Positions 13,265 through 26,219 of a DNA stretch of 64,000 bases are shown here, piece by piece. Below the pieces are notes generated by a model. It was not told the DNA's origin, made no database searches, and saw only the letters and a program-made list of their open reading frames with translations. Within the stretch, counting starts at the first letter, position 1, and the number at the start of each line of letters is the position of its first letter. The DNA comes from Euprymna scolopes (lineage: Eukaryota). The position numbers and the translations under genes were made by a program. The stretch lies in the NCBI GenBank assembly GCA_053919585.1, contig CM132787.1; one strand, 5' to 3'.

Positions 13265-14010
13265 CTAGCAAGAGTACCCGTCGTTGACTGGGTTCAAAGA
13301 CAGCCGACAGACAATGGACTCTGATTTATGAAAATATGATAGGTTATGAAAAGGAAGGGTTGTAAATTTGGGTTTAATTTTAGGGTATCAAAACCAAAGC
13401 AAACTATTATGAAAGTAAATATTAAATAGATAAACCCCATATGCCATACCTGTTCACTCTGAAACACTTATCACAATATTCTGTGGATCTATATTAAAAA
13501 AAAAAACTTGTTAAACTTTGTGACATATTTCCATTCTATGGATGTCAGGTGCGAACGAACACACCATAATTTTATTATACCATATTTCTTCAAACTGAAA
13601 CATAATTATCAAAGTATACTTACGCAGATAGATATGAAAAGTCTTTATTAAATTTTGTGCCTATTTTCATTATATGGAGGCCAGACGCGAACGCAGACCC
13701 CACACTTTTAATCTACCATCTCTATTTAAGTTGAAACATACTTATCAAAGTATTATGTACATCTATATCGAAACCACTTCTAAACGTTTTTTTTTTATTT
13801 TAATGTTTAAATTTGTTATTTCCATACTTCGTGGACCAGGTGCGAACACAGACCCCACAATTTTAATGAGCCACCGTTCTGCCAGATCAAGCATAACCAT
13901 TCCTGTGTCTCGGTACATCTTCTATCATTATATGTAATCAGTTTTTTTTTAAATAGTAAACCATATAGGAGCCTATTCGTGACCACGCACACACACACGT
14001 CCATAATAAT
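13265..14010 (-). mobile_element. Non-autonomous Helitron family A, copy 2, head-to-tail with copy 1
   Basis: The minus-strand 3' end CCCAGTCAACGACGGG-TACTCTTG-CTAG|T has the subterminal hairpin plus CTAG typical of Helitrons. Confidence 0.85.
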
Positions 14011-15337
14011 ATAAACGCCGGCTAGCCTGTTATTAATGCATATATATGATACTTGCGGGGGGGGGTGCTCGAGCGAAAATACAGTTAAATATATTTTAAT
14101 TTGTACTAACGTCGTATATATTATTATAGATGCGTAACTTCGAAAGTAAAAAAAATAAAGTATTTGTTTACCATTAGCTAGAATCGAAACCAAAATTAAT
14201 TTCCAATCTGTAAACTTTAGTGAGATTATTATTCTACCAACTTGACCCGAATAAAAACTGATTAAGAATTAAAAATTTACTAAGATGGATGTACAAAATG
14301 TATATTGATTTTTTTCAATTTGTACCCATTTTTATCCTTTACATATTTAATCGGCTAATGCCACATAAAAGAACGACCCGTAAATTTTTAATCAGTTTAG
14401 GCCCCTAGCGCCGCTCTGCGACCTTTTCACTCTGAAGATATAGAGTTTGAAAATATGGAGACATGCATACATATAGTCTTTTGTATATTACAAACATTTC
14501 CAATAACTGTTTGTATCTGTAGTTTAATGCTTGTATTCCCTATCATTTAATGTTAAAGTTTAAACGCCGGATCATAAGAATGATGGAGACTTTTCTAATT
14601 CTGTGAAGGATGTATCGAGAATTGACATTACGGGTATCGTTCACCACTTAGCTCATTACAACAGTGATCTCTGCTCATGCAGTCCTGTACAGAAGTGACA
14701 GTTGCGCAATTAAGAATTGGAAGGCCCATCGATTAATTACGGCGGGAAGAGGCTATCGCAGAGGGTCAAGGTTTGAAACTGATAAATCACCCTTAGAATG
14801 GAATACATTCGAAGTTAAACTTGGGAGAATGATGGGATTTTGCTGACTAATCAAATGGTGAGTGGAAACCGCTGTGTATTGAGTGTTTGATAGGCTACAT
14901 CTGACAATTGGCTACACGCGTAATGAGATGTCCACACCCAATATTACTCTAAAAAAATAAAACAAGGACTGATATTTAATACGTTTTTTTTATGTTTGAC
15001 CATATCAATGATGGTCTATATTAGTGTGATTAACTGTGAAACATATATATAAACTAATATAAATGTGCCACCATTTCTAACGAGTGAACAATATGCAACT
15101 TAGATGTAACGCATGTAGGAAAATTATCCTAAACGGGTCCACATGTTTTCAACATATGACAACTCGTTAAGTAAGCAAACGTAAACCGTGTTTGCGGATA
15201 ACCTAAACCCGCAACACTTTAGTTTGAACATAGCTTGAATTTAACGGCTGACATCTAATCCAAGCTACTGATTCGTCACGCTAGACGCTAACGGAAGTAT
15301 ATCTGTCTTCGTGTATTTCCCAATATATTATGTAGGA

Positions 15338-15340
<3 letters not shown>

Positions 15341-15410
<70 letters not shown>

Positions 15411-15411
15411 T
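15341..15411. repeat. (TA)n microsatellite, representative of many in the window
   Basis: Other tracts start near 5090, 12502, 18370, 18776, 18964, 20051, 22178, 22595, 35147, 36051, 36194, 36357, 36675, 38478, 38734, 40241, 40341, 42085, 45057, 58906, 62422 and 62820. Confidence 0.98.
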
Positions 15412-16796
15412 AAGCACTCTAATTGTGTTGAGATGAACATTATATCGAACACGGTTGCTATCTATTCCTTCGTGGAAATAGCTCCAGGCTAGGCATGAAA
15501 CAACTTGGTGTAAGGATTTAAAAATACTACTTAAAGGCCAAGAATTTCCCAATTGTTTCTTAGAATAGATTCTGACTAAGAAAACAGCAATTCTTCAAAC
15601 TTTGTTAGAAACATCGTCCCTAAAATATGAGGAATAGAAAAAAGAAGCGGGATTTATGAATGAAGCTTATATTTGATGGATACAAGTTCTGGCATTAATT
15701 CAGTGAAAATGGCTAGGTCAGCGACGAGTGCAATTTCAACAATAAACATGAATGGCCAAATGTAAATTGTTACGGAATAACTTGTAAATACTTTATTTAT
15801 GTTGCTCATTTAATAGGATAAAGTGCACAAGCAATACGAGCGTAATGAAATGAATTATAAAGCTAATGTTTTATTGCATGTAAACTGCATCTTCGTTATA
15901 TTATGGTCATCTGGACATAATTAATTGACCTAATGATTGTGAATTTGATTTTCTTTATCATCAATAGTCCACCTGAATTTTGGACACAACTGTCTGTTGC
16001 AAGCTGATTATATGCAATTGATCTTTGACTATTTATGCAACATTAAAAAATTAAAATAATTGGTGTGCAGTACAACTGATGCGCAACGAAACTACCATCA
16101 TAAAATGTTTATTTATATCGTAACCATCAGTCTTAAAAGCAACATCGTCTACATTATTGGCAGTTTGCCATAAAAACTACTGAATAAAAGTTTTAATATT
16201 TTTGAATCAGACTGCAGTTTTGGCTTTTTGACTGACTTGAAATGAAATATGTTTCTGTCTTGTTCTGGTTGGCCGCTTTCCGGGGCGAACCGCTCTTTAC
16301 AATAGTTAAAAATCACGGAAGTAAAGATGAAATGAGAAATTTTCTTTCAGTCATCATCTCGCTTGTTGGCCGTAATCTCGTCGACAGCCCAAACATTTGT
16401 TAATGTCTGCGTGATGTGACTAGAGTAAATGTCAGAGAGCCAAACATTTTGAACACACATATATGGATGCACATATGCAGACAAAAACAACAACAAAAAA
16501 ACACAGATGTAATCTGATTTTAATTATTAAACCTGTCGTACCGTAGAACACGACAGCCAATTTCTATAAGAATTTCCCCTCGAGGCTTGATAGATATTTC
16601 GTTTTAAATCGAATGATTAAGAGAATATTCAAATTAAGATGCTTAATTAACTTCACTTATATCGTTATGGTTATTTGTGGTCATGTGTGGACACAAAAGT
16701 AAATAGCAAAGAACATTTTGCAAAAACTTATTTCATAAACAATAAAATCATATGTATAAATTTAGGAGTTTTGAATTACAATATTTTAATTTTATA

Positions 16797-17309
16797 TCTA
16801 TAATATATGTCTCACACGTCTGTTAGTGTATGTTTGTATGTCTGGCTAAAACTTTTGACACACAACACTAACACTGAAAATATTGATATCGGTTAAAGGC
16901 CGAGTCTCTAGGCCGACAAATAATAAAACATTGGCCAAAAAAATGAGTTCTCTCCCCATCAACTAGGCAATTGTTTACAAGGCGATGCCACCTTTTTCAT
17001 CGACATTTTTGCAAAATCATCATACGCCTTGCAATTACTAAAGTTAATTTGAACGGTTTTGAGGCTGTATGCCACGGCTGGTGCGACGACTTAACCGTTA
17101 GCTTTGTTTCACTTCTCTTTTTCTCTTAGCGTTACAGGTTCGAGCCTGCCTGTTGCATACTACTTTTATGCTCTCGCGTACAGATACTCGCTGCTATTTA
17201 CCATTTTTTAAGGGTTGGGTATTTTTTAAGTAATTATTTTAGGGTTCCGTTCATCAATAGTCTTATTATAAACTCTTTACCCCCAGGCAACGCTGGATAC
17301 ACCCGCTAG
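16797..17309 (+). mobile_element. Non-autonomous Helitron family B
   Basis: 5' TCTATAATATAT..GTATGTTTGTATGTCTGGCTAAAAC and 3' CCAGGCAACGCTGG-ATACACCCG-CTAG. Internal similarity to 34780-35148 and 60700-61100. Confidence 0.7.
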
Positions 17310-18366
17310 GTTATGCCTCCTTTTAAATAGGTTATGCACAAGGCTATTTTTTAGTCTGATGTTTTTTTTCGGTGGAATCAAACTAAAATAAAATTTAGTC
17401 CCATCCCTAACGATTTAGCCTCACTTATACTCTCTCTATCTTTCTCCTTCGCTCTCTTTCTCATATATAACGTGTATAAGACGACCCTTTAAGTTAAAAT
17501 CATTTTTAAAAATCATATTTTCATGAGATCAGGACGTTGCAATCTCTAGCTAGGCTAACCAAACATGGTTTTGTGATTTTGTAATTGTCTTGTACAACCG
17601 ATATATGATAAATTTATATAAACAAAATCTGGAAAAAATAGTGTGTTATATTTGTGATACGGACCTTCCCATAGAAAAAAAAAACAAAGAAAAATGGATT
17701 CTTAGTTCCGTATTTACGAAAAGTGTTTTTAATTTATTTACCCGGTGTTTGCCGTGTGTTTGTAGGTTTGTTTGTGTATGGGGGGGTAAAGTAAATAATA
17801 AGTGAATAATAACCGCGTTTCAATAATTAAAAAAAGAAACGATGTTAAACTTCCAAAAGAAATAGGAATAACGAAGACAGAGAAAAAACATCGAATAAAG
17901 CGAAATAAAACGGAAATGATGTAATACATGTTTATTAAAAAATGGAAATAATCCTTGTTGTTTTTTTTTGTTTTAGTGTATAAATGTTGGGAAATAAATG
18001 GTAATAAAGCAACGTAAAAGTAAGCGTGGTCCGTTTCACCAAAATTTCAATCCAGTTTTTTATTTTAAACCGAAGCCACTGTTTGTTCGTACTTGTCACT
18101 TGTGAATGATCACGAACGGTGTAAATGGGTGGTGGTGGAAGGAGGAATTTATTAGAGAGATAAGAGTTTACTACTTCCATTGATTCTAACCAATTTTGTC
18201 AATGAACTCTCACCAGAGAAAATATAGAAATCTACGATGAGCGAGGTAGTGGAGAGGTAATATATACAACACCTCAGATATTGTGCTGCAGTTTGTGCAT
18301 AGTACATTTGCATAAAATGTCTTGATTTTTAATCCTATTTAGGGTACACGCGGAGGGGGAAATGAG

Positions 18367-18420
<54 letters not shown>

Positions 18421-18422
<2 letters not shown>

Positions 18423-18770
18423 AAATAAATAGATTGATAGACGGAGAAGGAGAAAGAAATAGATTGATAGAAGAAAGAGAAGAAGAAAGAAATAGATTGA
18501 TAGAAGAAGAAGAAAGAAATAGATTGATAGAAGGAGAAGAAGAAAGAAATAGATTGATAGGAGAAGAAAGAAATAGATTGATAGAAGGAGAAGAAGAAAG
18601 AAATAGATTGATAGAAGGAGAAGAAGAAAAAATAGATTGATAGAAGAAGAAGAAGAAAAATAGATTGATAAAAGAAGAAGGAAGAAATAGAATGATAGAA
18701 GAAGAAGAAAGAAATAGATTGATAGAAGAAAGAAGATAGATGGATAGAAGAAGAGAAGATAGAAGATGAG
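18421..18770. repeat. Purine-rich minisatellite (AGAAATAGATTGATAGAAGGAGAAGAAGA, variable unit length) between (TA)n tracts
   Basis: About ten visible ATAGATTGATAG-type cores separated by (GAA)n spacers. Confidence 0.9.
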
Positions 18771-18773
18771 TTC

Positions 18774-18823
<50 letters not shown>

Positions 18824-18942
18824 GAATAGATAGAAGAAAAGAAAAGAGATAGAGAAGATATATAAACCACCGAAGCGAGGGAGTACCTTCAAGGTTGAAG
18901 ACGCTACTAACCGTATTATCCGTAAAAACCAACAGAAAGTCT

Positions 18943-19005
<63 letters not shown>

Positions 19006-19957
19006 ATGTAAATCAAGTATAGCTAGTAATTTATTCAAACTATTTCTAGATTTTAGATAGATCAGCTTTACAACGTTTGGAAGAATGACTTATTTGCATA
19101 TCTGAATCGTGTAATATATAAAGTAAATATCGATATGATAACTGCAGAGCCATATTGTATTAGTAGCTTATTAAATAAATGCATAATTACAACGTATATA
19201 ATGTGAAAATTAACGAAAATAGGATAATTATAACTTCCGTAATACGTAGCTGTTACAGTAACAATATCATATGTTGTTAAATTTACACGTTTATAAAGAT
19301 ATTTAGTTTAAAGTGAATGTGATTTTCGTGTTTTGCCTGTTAGTATAATAACAAGTAGAAACTTGTGTTTTAAAAAAAAGTAAAGTTGTACTTTCAGTGA
19401 ATGTCAGTAAATAGAAGATTCTTATAAAGTGTGTAAATGAAGTACCGTAAAATCTTCTATAGTTTTTCTATACTGTTTCTTGATAAGATGTGTTTCCATG
19501 AAGTATTACTGGTAAATCACAAAGAAGACGATAGTCTAAGCAATGTATTGTAGTTCGTACAAAAATATAGTTGTTGGTTTTGTAAGATATAACATCATTG
19601 TTTATGGTAAGCTTTAAGAAAAACACGAAATTCAAGACGATTATTCCACGTACACGCGCGCAAACGTACACGCTGTAACAATTGGGATAATGGCCTGGCA
19701 CTATGCCACCAATCATACAGTATCGTAGTATCTCGAACACCATTACTGAAACATGTCGTTGAAGTGATTTGTTTTTCTATGGGGCGAATTACAGAACAAT
19801 ATCAGCTAGAGATTTAATTATACGTTATTGGTTTGCTTTCCGGAATAAGACAGTTTTAGATCTTAAGTGGAATTCGTCCCTTCAGCCGATTTTTCATTCG
19901 TTAGCTGGTTGTTGTTGAGAATGCAATGCCGCTATTATCCTCATTTTCATCACTTAC

Positions 19958-20035
19958 AAGAATAAAGCGGTTGTATCTAATTTACACGAGGCTTCAAAAG
20001 TAACAGGGGTTTTCATGATGAACGCAATTTCAACT
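19958..20035 (-). CDS. Weak candidate internal exon (VEIAFIMKTPVTFEASCKLDTTALF)
   Basis: 78-nt symmetric phase 2-2 open frame with CAG acceptor (poor pyrimidine tract) and GTAAGT donor. Phase-compatible with 26013-26219. Confidence 0.2.
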
Positions 20036-20048
20036 CTGGATTTCGTAG

Positions 20049-20126
<78 letters not shown>

Positions 20127-21776
20127 CCGTATCTCTATTTCTTATTTTCCCACTGCACTTTTCCGATTAGGAGTTATCCTCGTTACCCCATATTGTCTTA
20201 CACAATGTCCTTCTTTCGCCGTTGAATCAACTTTCCTGATGCCCTCTCCTCTCTGTTCTATTACTTCTCCTGAACTTTTCCATTTCTAACCCTAAATCTG
20301 TATGAATCGACATTGTCTTATTTTCCCTTACTCTTGTACAATACTGTTTTTCTCCATTACATTATTTCCGTAAACCATTAATTGTTAAACACTGATATTT
20401 CACCTAAAATTGGATGATCTCGAATGTGATATTAGTTTAATGTCCGGGCCATTACGATATCAAACGATAAATCGGTGTTTTATAACGACATTGATATATG
20501 GCTGGTCTCATTGGCACGAACTCAATATCAGATATTAATCAATAATTATGCGTAAAACGAAAAGAAAAAACTGCATTTGTGTTGCTAATTTTATGATAGA
20601 TTTGTTTGTTTGTTATTACGCTTAACAGTTTATGATAGAAAATATCAAATTCAGAAAGAAATCAGATCATATAAAAATACTTTTTTAAACGTAATATTCT
20701 TTAGGGAACATATGAGAAAGAGACTGTTGAAGGCTTGATTTTAATTTGCTGTTTTCCGTGCTCATCTAAAACATATCGCTCTTTAGGGAAAGAAACTAAT
20801 AGTTCATCTACTGTTTCATGTAACAGATTTAAAATACATGTTTTTAAATAATAGATGGACAGATGAATTTAATATACCCTAATTATGAATTATATAACCT
20901 GCATAATGAACATGTTATCTGGTTAATTCACTGTTCCTCTTTAATATCCGATAACATTGATTAATTTCACATCTTTATATTAAATAACATGACAATATTT
21001 CTTTCTCTGTAATGCGGGGGTTTATATTTACGTCTACGATATTTTGCAAAGCATTTGCCGTTTTACTGATTTCAAAACATAAAAAAACGGACTATGAATT
21101 TAACACATTTCCTATCCTAAATAACCGGAGTACGAAAGAAAATACAAGTGGGTACATTTTCGTTAAGCTGTTAAAAAATAACTATTCTAATAGTTTAAGT
21201 TGAGGATAAATGAAATAAAAAAAATTGACTACGTTACGCTTTACGATTAAAAGTAAGATTTTACAATTATTTTTATAAATAAAATAACTTTACTAACATA
21301 TTGAAAAAATGAAATCGATTTTTATCCGAAAAATGTATTTCGTAAAGTATTGTTGTACAAACAAATATTACCTTATGTGGAGTAGTACAACAAGTGTTAC
21401 GAAAAAGTATAGCAGTATCAACAATTGATACATAAAATGCACTAGTACAAGAAGGTCTCAAAGAAAAATACAAAATTAGTTAGGCCTTAGTTCTCATTTG
21501 GAAGAAAAACATTTCGTTCGAAATAATTATTTCTGTAACATTAAATACTAAGCATCAGTTTCGTTCTATAAAAATATTAAAACTTTCAAAAACGTATTTG
21601 TTAAATAAAATAAAGTTACACTGTTTTATCGGCTGTACTTTTTTCTACGATGGCAATCTTTTCAAAATACATATTTTTGTCGTAACAAAAAGGTAACAAA
21701 ATATTTAAATAATTTGATCTTTGACGATCGATCGATCTATTGAGAAAGCTTGCTGGTCTGATATCGTGCATACAAC

Positions 21777-22050
21777 NNNNNNNNNNNNNNNNNNNNNNNN
21801 NNNNNNNNNNNNNNNNNNNNNNNNNNNNNNNNNNNNNNNNNNNNNNNNNNNNNNNNNNNNNNNNNNNNNNNNNNNNNNNNNNNNNNNNNNNNNNNNNNNN
21901 NNNNNNNNNNNNNNNNNNNNNNNNNNNNNNNNNNNNNNNNNNNNNNNNNNNNNNNNNNNNNNNNNNNNNNNNNNNNNNNNNNNNNNNNNNNNNNNNNNNN
22001 NNNNNNNNNNNNNNNNNNNNNNNNNNNNNNNNNNNNNNNNNNNNNNNNNN
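21777..22050. other. Assembly gap (N run); others at 9307-9434, 10321-10463, 11205-11347 and 38989-39147
   Basis: Runs of n in the sequence. Confidence 1.
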
Positions 22051-22171
22051 GTGTGCGCCTTAAAATATTTATAATTTTATTTGTGATTGCAATAGAAATA
22101 ACATGTAAAGAGGATTTGATTTTGGAATCATTCATTATAAAATTGCACACAAACTTTATTGACAGCCTATC

Positions 22172-22226
<55 letters not shown>

Positions 22227-22592
22227 CTTCAATTAATAATTTCACTCCCAAGCATAACGTAATGTATATAAAAATAACATGTAAGTTTTAGTTGAAAAAT
22301 TAAAAGTGCATTATAATTAAAGAATTTAAGAAACAGAAATGAGTACATATTATAGGTGTTGTGTTATGTTTATCTAATTTCGTTCTTCGCGTGGTAATAT
22401 AATAGTATAAATTTATATTTATTATGTGAAGTTATGGTATGTTTAGAACTAATATAATGCTACAAAAATAGCACGTATATACTATGCTCTTTCTACCCAG
22501 GCTTATTTTTTAATCCGATTTCTATAATGACGTAAAACAATCATATTGTACACCTTATATACATTGAAAATACTTTTAAAAAATATATATGC

Positions 22593-22652
<60 letters not shown>

Positions 22653-22656
<4 letters not shown>

Positions 22657-22855
22657 CATGCACCCCGGATATAAGAGAATTATTCTCTAGGTTCTACAAC
22701 TCTCATATCCTGGGTACGTTGTACATTAACACATACTTTATTTTGAGACCAGAGAAAAAAATCTCTCTTCTATCCGTTTTATTATATTCGGTTTCTTATA
22801 TCCGGGTAACTAATATATATATATAGTTAACCGGATATAAGAAACTAAATATAAT
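22653..22855. mobile_element. MITE-like element with CCGGATATAAGA terminal inverted repeats in TA context, plus the start of an adjacent copy
   Basis: CCCCGGATATAAGAGAAT at ~22663 and TTCTTATATCCGGG at ~22793. 22781-22812 and 22824-22855 form a 29/32 inverted repeat around a TA run. Confidence 0.55.
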
Positions 22856-25800
22856 GAATATCGTTCGTTCTTACATGATTTGTCACAAACACTATCATTA
22901 TCCATGCTATATATATTAAATCTGGACATTCAACTACAGTGATAAATATTTAGCTAGCAAACATATGCTCCATCCAACTCCAAATGTGTGCTATAATGGA
23001 ATGATAGCATCATGTTTAACAAAGGCAAATGATATGCTTACCTATTATAATTTAAACCATGCGTATTCATAATGCATTTGTATAAACCCATTTCCTTTAT
23101 ATTATTATATTTTACTTACTAGACTGGACTGATTTCCAAGTTTTAAAATAAATTGGTTGTCACCAGCTAGAGACGAAAAGAAAACATGTATCTTCCCAGC
23201 CTTATGTGTTAGTCTCTGATCCACACCTCCACTAATATATAATAAGAAAAGTAGATGTATTCATTTCTGTTTCTTAAATACTTTAATTATAATGCACTTT
23301 AGAATTTTTCAACAAAAACTAACGGGTTAATGTATATTTGCGCATACGTAAAAGCGCACTTTCCGTCGATATACGCATGCCATTTTCTAATCTTTTTCAA
23401 TTTGAATCGCTTATAACCGGTTAAAAATTAAATTAACTTTGTTCTGTAGTTACAAATCGTATTCATATTGTTTCATGTATATAAAAATAAACTGACAGCG
23501 GGATTTGATAGGGACTGTCTTTCTTATAGACAGACAATACTACTTAAATATGTGTTCAGCCAACACTAAAATATAAAGATTTTCTCGTCTAATTGTTTAT
23601 ATGTAATTGAGAAGCAATTGTAAGTAATTTGCAATAACATTTCCATTCCTGTAAAGTGTTTCCAAAGCCATTGTATAAATTTAGTAGAACCTATGAAAAA
23701 TATAGTTATGTAATGATCTAAGACAGGGAAGGGTTAAATTAACATGGCGAGAACAGAGTAGAAACATAGATATCCTTATAAAGGACGCGTGATTTGCTTC
23801 ATTTATTAAAAACAAACTAGAAACCACAAACTGATGATAAAAAAAATGCAATCCCCGAACTGTAGTATATATTTGATTCATTTTCATTTTTAATCTTAAA
23901 ATACACAGAAACAAATTTAAAACGAATCTCAATGGTTTAGTTCAATTATATTAGTAATATTGGATATACAGAGAGAGAAAAGGACAGGTATACTCTGACT
24001 ATTCTGTTTGACTTTACTAGATTGTTTTTGTCGAATATCTTGATATATTTCTTAGTCTGCTATTTTTAAAAATCAACAATCCTTATCAAGTCAAAATATT
24101 ATTTCACTTTTGTTTCCCCCTTCCTAAGCAATCCAAGTCAAATTTCCTCACGCAGAAAAATAGTTTCGAAAAATATAGTAAATACAAAGAAAGAACGTTC
24201 ACCTTCTCAATGAGTGCCTAATGCAACATCTATAAATAACATTTATCTGATGATAATAAATAGAAAAGCAAATTTGTTTACAAGCGGATTATAGATTTAC
24301 GCAACAAATATATCTGAGACTAAAATTGAATAAATTCTGCAAGAACACATGATTTATGTGCAAGATTCGCAGTGGGGCTGAAGCAGTTTATCTGCTAGTC
24401 CCATATAGTATGATCTTATTTGTTTTGTGTGTGGGAGCGTCTATATTTTAAACATTTCCAATCCACAGATATATTTTTCCATTTTTATGTGTGTTATTGC
24501 TGGTATGGTGAGTCTGATACGTATTTCAAGGAATGGTAGAAATCCACCAATCAAACATTTAGCTACATATATAAGCTCAAAAGAAGAATATACAGTAAGA
24601 ATTGAAAATAGAAAATATTGTAAAATAAAATATAAATAGTTATACAATCATGGGTAAACAAGATTACATTATATTAAAAGCCTATTTTTCTAACTTAACA
24701 TTAAAACAAAGGTCTTCATATTAACAGTTATGAATATGCGAGCAACTTCATGAGCGTTATATTTCATAGTTTTTTTTTTATTAAATAATTCATTTCATTT
24801 CACCATTACGCGGAATTCAATAGTGTATAGTTCCTAATTCTCCATGAATATTTTTTCCAGCAATGACATGTCGCGGTGTATACGAAGATTCTCTACTATA
24901 CTTGTCTTGGAATTGTTTGTAAACAGAGTAACACTTTTATATACAAAGTATTGGACGTTTAGCTCCAATTCGATTTGGTTTTTAGCAGGCAAATTTGCTG
25001 TTAATGTGGTATGATTTCAAAAGAATACAATTACCTTAGTAAACGTAGTCTGTCAAGCAGGTTTACATGCAGAAACCCACATTCATATGTTAAACAACGT
25101 CATTTTAACTATTTGTATGCGTTTTACGTGGCTCAGACGCTAAGGAATGAGGTTGGAGAGTTCTATTTTCTGTTTCGATGCTGGCTGATGTAATCGAAGG
25201 CATATTTTTTCTTCACTTTTGATCTTACTACAATATATTAGGACGGATATCATAATCGATAAAACTATTCGCTCTACAATAATGAATACGTAAACTGCAT
25301 CATATTTAAGTGTATTTTACAACTGGGCAACGCCGCGCAGCCTGCTAGTAATTTTATTAAATCGCAATGATCAGTAGTAATTTAATCTAAAACATGAATA
25401 TGATTGCTTAAAAATTAAACCTCCTATTAATTATCTTAGAACAAAAGATCAAATTTAAACTATACAATTACAAATCCCCCCACCCCCATTTAGCTTGCCT
25501 TTAAGTTATAAGTTTATAAAGTGTGGTTTGCATGAACGATAAATTTGTAGTAAGTATATAGCTTAAATAATATATACAAAATTGCATATGATTAAACAGT
25601 ATTCCTTTCAAATTCTATAGTGCGAATGGATTATATAGCTGCTTTTTAATCTTTCTATTACTCTACGTTTTCCACAAGTTTTGTTTTACAATCTCTACTT
25701 TATGCATCCTTATTAATTTCCTTCGTTTTGCTAGCTAAAGTTTCTTAGCATAAAGTATATAATAGACGTCATTTATATGTATATCAGTTACAACAGGCAT

Positions 25801-26012
25801 ATAATATAATTTTCATATTATCGTGTATACCTTATTTTGTATCTATATAAGCAATTACCGTAAAAAATTACTACCTTACAATGAATATAAGTTCGAAATA
25901 TGCTTCCATATATCTCAATCTTTAGATCAAACATTGACTAATTTCTTTTTTGTATTTAACCATTTTTTATTTGGTATGAGTATCTGAAAATATTTTAAGG
26001 AACAAAACTTAC

Positions 26013-26219
26013 ACGTTTTTCTTAGAAGTTATATACTTATTTGATTCAGTTAAAATTGGCAATTTTAATTCATCAGGATTCTTACTTTTAACTTGCTCTC
26101 TTTCATATCTAGCTAAAAAAGTTGGAAGTTTTACAGGTTCTTCATTTATTTGAAGATTAAAAGTACTTTTGGTTTCTATATCTCTTATTATGCATACTTG
26201 TTTAAGAATCAACATAAGC
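26013..26219 (-). CDS. Candidate internal exon (LMLILKQVCIIRDIETKSTFNLQINEEPVKLPTFLARYEREQVKSKNPDELKLPILTESNKYITSKKN), product unknown
   Basis: 207-nt stop-free symmetric phase 2-2 segment bounded by TAG| and |GTAAGT, with protein-like composition in very AT-rich DNA. Confidence 0.4.

Noticed and set aside
16073-16100. CTGATGCGCAACGAAAC
   Set aside because: Missing the core A and lacking stems I-III.
19700-19765. CTGAAACATGTC, resembling an HHR 3' half
   Set aside because: No CTGANGA or stem I partner upstream.
24470-24600. Plus-strand mini-exon candidates (also near 4990-5063, 8095 and 26620)
   Set aside because: Splice-like signals are present but could not be joined into a consistent frame; expected by chance in AT-rich DNA.
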